Assembly: GCF_009914755.1 (NCBI RefSeq)
Contig: NC_060941.1
Reading direction: 5' to 3' (one strand)
Origin: the human T2T-CHM13v2.0 reference genome, Homo sapiens
Length of the DNA stretch: 64,000 nt
Shown: positions 56,880 through 64,000 of the stretch, in pieces
How the letters are laid out: every line of letters starts with the position of its first letter
Position numbering within the stretch: the stretch's first letter is position 1
The notes under the pieces: model-generated
What the model was told of the DNA's origin: nothing
Database searches by the model: none
Seen by the model: only the letters and a program-made list of their open reading frames with translations
Translations under genes and position numbers: made by a program

Positions 56880-57190
56880 TTTTTGTTGCTGTTTCTTTTT
56901 TTTGAGACAGAGTCTCACTCTGTCGCCCAGGCTGTAGTGCAGTGGTGCTATCAAGGCTCACAGCAATCTCTGCTTCCTGGGTTCCAGTGATTCTTGTGCC
57001 TTAGCCTCCTGCGTAGCTGGGATTACAGGTGCATGCCACCACACCCAGCTAATTTTTTTATTTTTTCTTTAGTAGAGACAGGGTTTTACCATCTTGGCCA
57101 GGCTGGTCTCGAACTCATGGCCTCAAGTGATCCACCTGCCTTGGCCTCCTAAAGTGCTGGGATTACAGGAATGAGCCACTGCACCCAACC
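56880..57190 (-). mobile_element. Alu in intron 7
   Basis: TSD ttgttgctgtttct. Confidence 0.93.
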
Positions 57191-58167
57191 ATTGTTGCTG
57201 TTTCTGAATAGCTGTTATTGAAATGTGGGGGGAGGAGGTCCAAATGGATTCTCAAAGTGAAGTATATGTTACCTGTGGATTTAATTTAGCTGTGCATTCC
57301 CAGTCCTTTACTGTCATGGATAATAGACATGAATTGTGTATATATATATTTTGCCATGGATAGTATTTTTCTTTTCGGAGAAGGAGGGGTTTGATTTGGG
57401 CAAAGTGTTTATGGGAAAGAGACAGCTGGTGAAGTGTGAGTGTGTGGAAATACATGAGAAACGCCTGATCTCTCCATGTCATCTGCGTTGGTAGAGCCCT
57501 GTGCTTGCCAGGTGTTGTGGTGACAGGTGCAAAACAAGGGTGCCCAATTTAGAGGTAAATGCTAAAAGGCCAGTGTCATTTGCGGGTGAATTATTTAATT
57601 ACAGACAAAGGGTATCAGTTAAACATTTTACAGAGTGCTGTCAGAAATAAAATAGCTTTTAATTTCATGTAAAGTGTTGTAAATGTTCTCATCCATTCTC
57701 ATGCAGTAGAAAAAATGAAGAACCTAGAGAAAGAATTGGCTGCCGTAAAAAAAATTCTCAAGTGATATTTTTGGGTTTTTTAATAGTGCTTGCTCCCAAA
57801 ACACACCCTGCCCCCCAACACCAACTAACAGTCTACAGCTTAGAAACGAGCAATGGATAGGGTCAAGAGACCTGGGATCTGCTGTTCCACCTCCTGTACC
57901 ACACTTTTTTTAGTTGTAAGGGGAAGATTATATGTATTTCCTTCAGTAACGCTAAGAGGAGGAAACAAAATATTCTGAGGTCATTAGAAAGGGAGCATAA
58001 GTATTCCCCCTTTTTATTAGAAAGTTGATTGATTATGGCTGAACTAACCACCATTATCAACTGAGATGAGTAAGTTTTGAGGCTTGAAATAGAAATGGTT
58101 TGAAATGCAAATTTTTATGTGCAGCTACTGTTTTGACAACCATATCATTCCTCCTTCTTTTTTGTAG

Positions 58168-58319
58168 GCTTTAGAATCCAAATTAGCAGCTTGCAGGAAT
58201 TTTGCAAAGGACCAAGCATCACGAAAATCCTATATTTCAGGGAATGTTAACTGTGGGGTGCTGAATGGCAATGGCACAAAGTTCTCTCGATCAGGGCATA
58301 CATCTTTCTTCGACAAAGG
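58168..58319 (+). CDS. NDEL1: NDEL1 exon 8, [16 protein letters not shown]...SGHTSFFDK(G) (contains C273)
   Basis: Acceptor tttttgtAG, donor AGG|gtaagt (GT 58320-58321); 152 nt, cumulative 944, phase 2. Confidence 0.98.
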
Positions 58320-59577
58320 GTAAGTCCTGAATGTTTTAAGTGATAATTTTTTGAGTAGTAAAGTGACAGGTTAGTAAGTGAGCATAATGAAGCCTTGAAA
58401 AGGTAAACTCAGCTTGACAAACCTTCCCGAAGCCTGTTATCATTCTAATCTTAGGTGACATGACATCTGTTGTTGTCCTCTAGTCCCCATGGAGTCTGTT
58501 GCCCCAGGAACCCTGAATCTGAGGCTTCTGTCCTGGGAAGCAGACTCTTGAAAGGCAGCAGTGTGAGGCTCTGGTGAGTCAAAATGACTGCGATAAGGTC
58601 CCTGTTCTCCAGGTGCTTACAGGCTGGCAGACTTGGAAATATTTTTTTGGGGTAGAAGACAGCATCACAATTAAATATATGCAAACTCTACAACAGACAT
58701 CCCCTGTGAGAATTTTAGAGAAATATAAAGCCCTGAAGTACTTAGGCACTGGATCAAATACAGTTTAGGAGATACAACTTTTGTATAAAGTTAAGGCTTT
58801 TTTGAAGATTGAAATAAAATTGTTTTAAGGTTGAAGCATCCTTAATGCAAAAAATTTCAGTTAGTATGGAAGTATATGAACTAAAAAGTCATGGTTTCCT
58901 GCCTTCACACTGTTTCTGCATTCCTTACAGTTATTCCAAGGCATGCCAAATCATATTTTTATGCATCTGCTCTAAGTTGTTTGTAACACAGTTACGGGAT
59001 TATACTTTAAATATTGCTTTGCAGTGTGCCTATCATGACTTCTATTGCCATTATCTTTCCATGTCATGTATATTATTCTACCTCAATTTACTTATTTATT
59101 TTTAAATACTACATGGTAATACGTGGTTGTATGAGTATGCCTTAATATAGGTCACTATTAGGACCCGTGGCCTGGGATGCTCACGGTGTTGCCTAAGGTA
59201 GTTGTTATTGAAACAGCCAACAGGCACCCGTGATCCTTGGCTACTGTCTCTGCTTTGAGTCAAAGAGGTAATTCTTGCTTGTTTTTCTCTGAAAGCAGAG
59301 CAGGTACAACTCTAGAAACGCTCACAATCTCTGAAAGCAGCTGGGATTTTCTGCCGTCCTCAATAATTATGGCACATGTGTAAAGGAGCAGATTCGACAC
59401 ACGGTGCACTCTGAATAGGCTCTTATCCTTGCAGTGGAGTGTTTTGGTTGATCTCTGTCCCTGATTTTACCCTGGAGAATATACATTTCATTAAGGATTT
59501 TGTATTAAAAGCACATCCTAAAACATCACTATACAAATTAGAACTTTATTCTTTCTTAAAAAATTTGTTTAAATAAT

Positions 59578-59700
59578 TTTTGTTTTCTTTTGAAGAGATG
59601 GGGGTCTCACTCTGTTGCCTAGGCTGATCTCAAACTCCTGGGCTCAAGTGATCCTCCTGCCTCAGCCTCCCAAAGTGCTGGGCTTGCCGCCGCGCCCAGC
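59578..59700 (-). mobile_element. Alu monomer in intron 8
   Basis: Left-arm reverse consensus, TSD agaactttattct. Confidence 0.85.
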
Positions 59701-60531
59701 TGAAATCAGAACTTTATTCTAACCATTGGGTTTCCTCGGGTGGAGTAAACATAAAATTGATTTTCCTCAGGCTTAGGAGTTTCAGGCAGACTTGCGGCAG
59801 CCCTTGTTTTTATAGTGGAATGATAAATGGAATGACTGGATGGTTTTACATGAGCGTAGCCATTTCCCCTGAATGATATGGAGAACTTTTAGGGTAGTCT
59901 TCATAAATGTTGGAAGCAGTGCCTAATTATTTTTCCCTACAACTTATAATGATCCTCTACTAGAGTAGTTATTAGTTTCTCCTTGGAATCGTATTTCTTG
60001 ATGGGCCGCAGGTGCCTTTCATGAGAGCAGGTGTGAATCATAAATGGATAGGTCGGACAGGTGCCTGTGCGTGTGGAAGCCCTGAAGAACAGTCACGAGG
60101 AGGGAAGGATAACACTGTCTGTTCAGGGTCGCTACTCCTGCCTGCCACTTGCCTCCCAAGACAGAGCACCAGGGCAGGGATTGCCAAGAGGTGAGCCTGT
60201 TCTGAGGGAGATGTGGGGACCTTAGGGTGAGCTGAAGCCAGGAACAGGCCTTGGGCACACTGACTGCACCTCTGCCCCTTGAGAGCATCCGAGATGTAAG
60301 TGTAGGCTTTACTTCCTGAGCTGAACCCGGAAATGTGCTGTGCTTCCCAATCGGAACAGTTGCAGATACTGAGTTTTGGTTTTAAATGGTAGACATTTTA
60401 CATTGTGCCTTTTCTATTAAGAAATATGCTTTTGTGGGCTGGCTGTTGTGTGAGTGTTTAGCTTATATGATAAGTGGATTGTGTATGCGCACTGAAATAT
60501 TAACCTACTGTTGCTGGAGTTGTCTTTCTAG

Positions 60532-60661
60532 TTGCTGTATTCCTGAGGATAACTCTTTTGTGGGTTTTGCTGTGTTTTCACTTTCTTGCCGCTTTGCTTC
60601 GATTCCGGCTTTTGGCCTGTCTGGCTTTTTACCTCTGGCTTTTCTTCTGCCAACCTGTTGA
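60532..60661 (+). CDS. Candidate alternative terminal exon of NDEL1 encoding (G)CCIPEDNSFVGFAVFSLSCRFASIPAFGLSGFLPLAFLLPTC*
   Basis: Branch-like TTAAC 60500-60504, acceptor tgtctttctAG 60530-60531, phase compatible with exon 8, open for 42 codons to TGA; no transcript evidence available here. Confidence 0.4.
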
Positions 60662-61478
60662 CCAGATAAAAACCAAGATGTTGTGTAGCAGCCGCAAAAG
60701 GAAGGGCAGGATATTCCACTTCCCAGGTCCATTATACACTCTGGCAGGTTAAAAACACAAAAGCCTGTCTGTATAGAAGTGGAGAAGTATGGCTTGTAGT
60801 TTCAGCATGAGAAAAGTGCCCCATTTGAAAAAGCCCTCCACTGCAGAACCTGCCTGCCCTCCCTCTCACTCCTGAGGAGTCTGTAGCACCGTGGTGATGG
60901 CTCACTAGTGCTGCCAGAAACCTGCGGCAGGATTGTTTGGGGGAGAGACATCATCAAAGTAGGTTTGTGCGTGTGTGCATGTGTGCGGGTGTACATGTGT
61001 TCACCTTCCCACCCGCTGAAACTTCAGATGCAGTGAAGCCTTCTCACATAAAACAATATACCTTAACTGGGCATATTGCTCTGTGGGATTCAAAAGTATT
61101 TTGTAAATTCTGGTCACTTGAGGGCTTCTTGGAATCAGGTTTTTGTCTAGTCTGTGAGCACTTCTGCCAGTTCCTGAAACATGGGCTGCCGTGCCTGCTT
61201 CCCAGGTGCCGAGCTGTTTCCTTCAACCATGGTCACCCTTTGTCTCACCATCTGAAAGGACACACATTTCATGTGGAGTGTGGTCGCTTGGAGTCTCTCA
61301 AAAACACTCTTTTTTTTCCCATAACTTTATGTAGTTTCTTAGGTAACATGTGCTCTATTTTTGTAAGCCACTCTGAGTTCTTTTGGGCTGTGTGTAGGTG
61401 GGCATGGACTAATTTTAGGGCGTGATGTGGAAATAGTATTCGTATTACTGTTTAATATGTTCTCCTTTCTTTTATTAG

Positions 61479-61513
61479 GCAAGAAAAAGTCATATTTCCC
61501 ACGTTGTTCATGG
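61479..61513 (+). CDS. NDEL1: NDEL1 35-nt alternative cassette exon, (G)QEKVIFPTLFM(G), giving the shorter FMGQ-type C-terminus
   Basis: Long pyrimidine tract + ttattAG, donor TGG|gtaact; phase matches exon 8; peptide recognised as the known alternative NDEL1 C-terminus. Confidence 0.9.
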
Positions 61514-61596
61514 GTAACTGAATTTGTTTGCTGTGCTCTTTTTCATTCTTTCTTAATCCTGGTGTGTGGTGGAAGACACATTAACAATCTGGTTTT

Positions 61597-61608
61597 ACTA
61601 ACTGCATG
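61597..61608 (+). promoter_or_regulatory. Adjacent QKI (ACUAAC) and RBFOX (UGCAUG) splicing elements downstream of 35-nt exon
   Basis: ACTAAC 61597-61602 directly followed by TGCATG 61603-61608, ~85 nt 3' of donor. Confidence 0.7.
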
Positions 61609-64000
61609 GGGCTGACTCAGCTTTAACCAACTTACAGCCCATCAGTGAACTTTCACGGTCCTGTTCGACTTGACTGTATGCCGTTATTAGTTCAGCTGTG
61701 AGAAACAAGAACAAATTAGTTGCAGTGGTCCTGGGGTGGCTGGGAGTAGCATGCCAGGTGGCACGCCTGAGATGGGCTAGGGCGCTGTAGTGTTGATTTC
61801 AGAGTCTGGCGATGGGGGTTTGAGGTCACTGTCAGGCCCTGGGATCACCTTTGACTGTCTTCCTGGGACTGGGGGTCTTCCCGTTACCCAGTTGCTTCTG
61901 TTTTCTCAAGTCAGGCACCAGTGTGAGCATTCCCTCACCTCTGCGCTCACGCATGGAGTCCCCAGTTAAAATGGAATGGTACATGGGGACGTGTGTAAGA
62001 TCTGCCTTACATTTCAGAACTGCTTTGCAGTTTGCAGAGCCTGGGCTGAGAACTGGAGCAGGCTGGAGCTGCTCTGAGCCCACACTCATCCACTGAAATA
62101 GGAGACTCAGGTGTGGCGTGTGCCTGCCTGCAGGCTCTTCTGGATAGCTTGAGCCCACCCTCCTGCCCTCTCCAGTGTCCTGATCCTTGCTGCTTTGACA
62201 GAGTTAATGTTTCCATCCTTCATCTCAGCTGCTTTGGATTTATTGTCCTGAGTAGCTTCTAAGTGTGCCTTGGCTCTTCCCCCTTTTCACTTCTTCCACT
62301 GACATTTTACAACTGACCTTAGCACTTTTTCTTAGCTGGATTCTCTATATTTCAGCCTCCTTAACTAGTCTGTGGTGGTAAGATCATGAAATTTTATAGC
62401 TCTGGAACCTTTTTTTTACATATATGATTCCCAGATCTGTATCTTCAAGCCTGCCCCATCACTCTTCCTTCAGTCCTGTCTTGTGCACTGGGACATTGCC
62501 CTGTGGCTCTTTGCTGCTCCCTGAAACTGAATCTGTTGAATATAGAGTCTCTTCTCTTGCAAATCTTTTCCCCATGCACAGCTTTGCAGGCCTCTGAAGG
62601 ACTTCACTAGACCTGTCATCCCATCTAGAAGGCCAGCTTTCTTCTCTCTCTGTTCTTTAACTTTCTACTTTTTGAGTCAGGAGAGAGGCGCTAGGTGAGA
62701 CCCTGGTGGATTGATGTTCCCTCTCTACTCCACCCACCTTCACATTAAGCGTTCCATTTCTGCCCATGTAGAAATTTACCGGTTCTCTCTTTATAGTCTG
62801 GGCTGCACCACTTACTTTTCCCATTAGAGCCGGCCTGCATTGGAGTGCCGAAGTGGTTGCTTCTGAGGGCTGCTAGGTGGCCTCTGACCAGGAGGAGACT
62901 AGAAAAGGGTCCTGGCCTGGGCATCTGGAGGCAGCTGTGGCCCCGACTTCCCCATCAGTGGCTCACTAGGTGAGCCTAGGCTAATGGCTGGACCTTCTCT
63001 TGCTTTGGTTGTCTTGGCAGTGGAACAGTGGGATGAACCTGTTGTTCCTTACGGTGCACTTGAAAATGCCAGAATCCCATCCTCAACCTGCTTGAGGAGC
63101 CATCTCCTAGTTGCTGCTTTTGTACACCCCCGTGGCCCAGGTGCCAGATTCTTCTTGGCATCCAATGGTGCTCCCTTTCTGCTGGGTTCCGGGCACTGTC
63201 TGCAGTACAGGTTTAGGGGCTTGCCTGCCACTGTGATGTGTGAGGCCAGGAATCTGAGGTTCACACGTGCTGAGAGCTGCAGGCATTTGTGGGGCCTGCC
63301 TGGTTGTCCCTGAGGTTTCTAGGAGAAGCAGGTGTCAGGGACTCTGGGACTAGCCAGACAGATGGAGCCTATTATATGAGGGCTACCATGGCAAATAGGA
63401 TATGGCCTTGGCCCCAGAAGAGGCACAGGCTTGTGACCTTGGGAGAGTGGGAAGGATGATTTCAAACTTGCAAATGTGTTGAAGCTCAAAAATCAGACCT
63501 AACCCAGTGAGGAAAGAGACAATCTGGCTGTTTGTCGTCGAAGTAGGACAGTGTGCAACAGGGAGAAATGACATTTGTCAGAGCCTTTCTCCTGGGGCTC
63601 TTGGTCTCTGTATGCGTGGTTGGAATTTAAACTCCACATATGTACTCTGAGTTTAGTTTCTTTAGACATGAACTTTGTTTCTTCCAAGTAGGCAGGGACT
63701 ATTTGTCAAGTCTCTGCATGCCTGTTTGTCTGTGAGGTTATCCTCACCCCGTCAGTGTACGAAACAGCTGTCTCTGCAGGGAGTGTGTGTCGGCATTTTT
63801 TTTTTTTAAGGAGAACCTCTCTCCATGAGTCTGTATTTAGCTCCCTGGAGCCGTCTGATGAGTAGGTGGGGGCAGTAGTGGGCAGGTGTGGTGCAGTGTG
63901 GCCCCTTGTCGTAGTTGGCTTTATCTCCCAAATTGCTAGTGGGACAAATTTTCCTAGGAAGCGTTTCAAGGTGGAAAGGCTGAAGTGGCTCCTGAGAGAG

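Noticed and set aside
61750-63395. Partial CTCF-like (61750s, 62870s) and RFX-like (63383-63395) motifs
   Set aside because: Mismatches at core positions; expected by chance in 64 kb.

Overview
Human (primate) genomic DNA, very Alu-rich. It contains the promoter and most of NDEL1 (nudE neurodevelopment protein 1-like 1; 17p13.1 by recognition of the protein) on the + strand. The CpG-island promoter and non-coding exon 1 end at 34214. Coding exons 2-8 (42435-58319) splice in frame to give residues 1-315 ([10 protein letters not shown]...SFFDKG). A 35-nt alternative exon (61479-61513, QEKVIFPTLFMG) follows, and the canonical last exon lies beyond the window. The first ~33.8 kb has no credible protein-coding gene. 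It holds ~30 Alus, L1/L2/MIR/MaLR fossils, a near full-length decayed HSMAR2 mariner, a strong CTCF motif and a few candidate cis-elements. The most notable observations are: (1) an in-frame candidate alternative terminal exon (60532-60661) that would give NDEL1 a 42-aa hydrophobic, Cys-rich tail, part of a possible multi-way C-terminal switch in an Alu-free stretch of intron 8; (2) exon phases and flanking inverted Alus that would make an exon 2-7 circRNA (804 nt) a stop-less ORF; (3) a multi-template-switch chimeric insertion in an Alu at ~5030-5128, copied from 1.27 kb upstream; (4) QKI+RBFOX motif pairs on both sides of the 35-nt exon; (5) two uORFs ending close to the main AUG. Repeat boundaries and subfamily calls were made by eye and are approximate.
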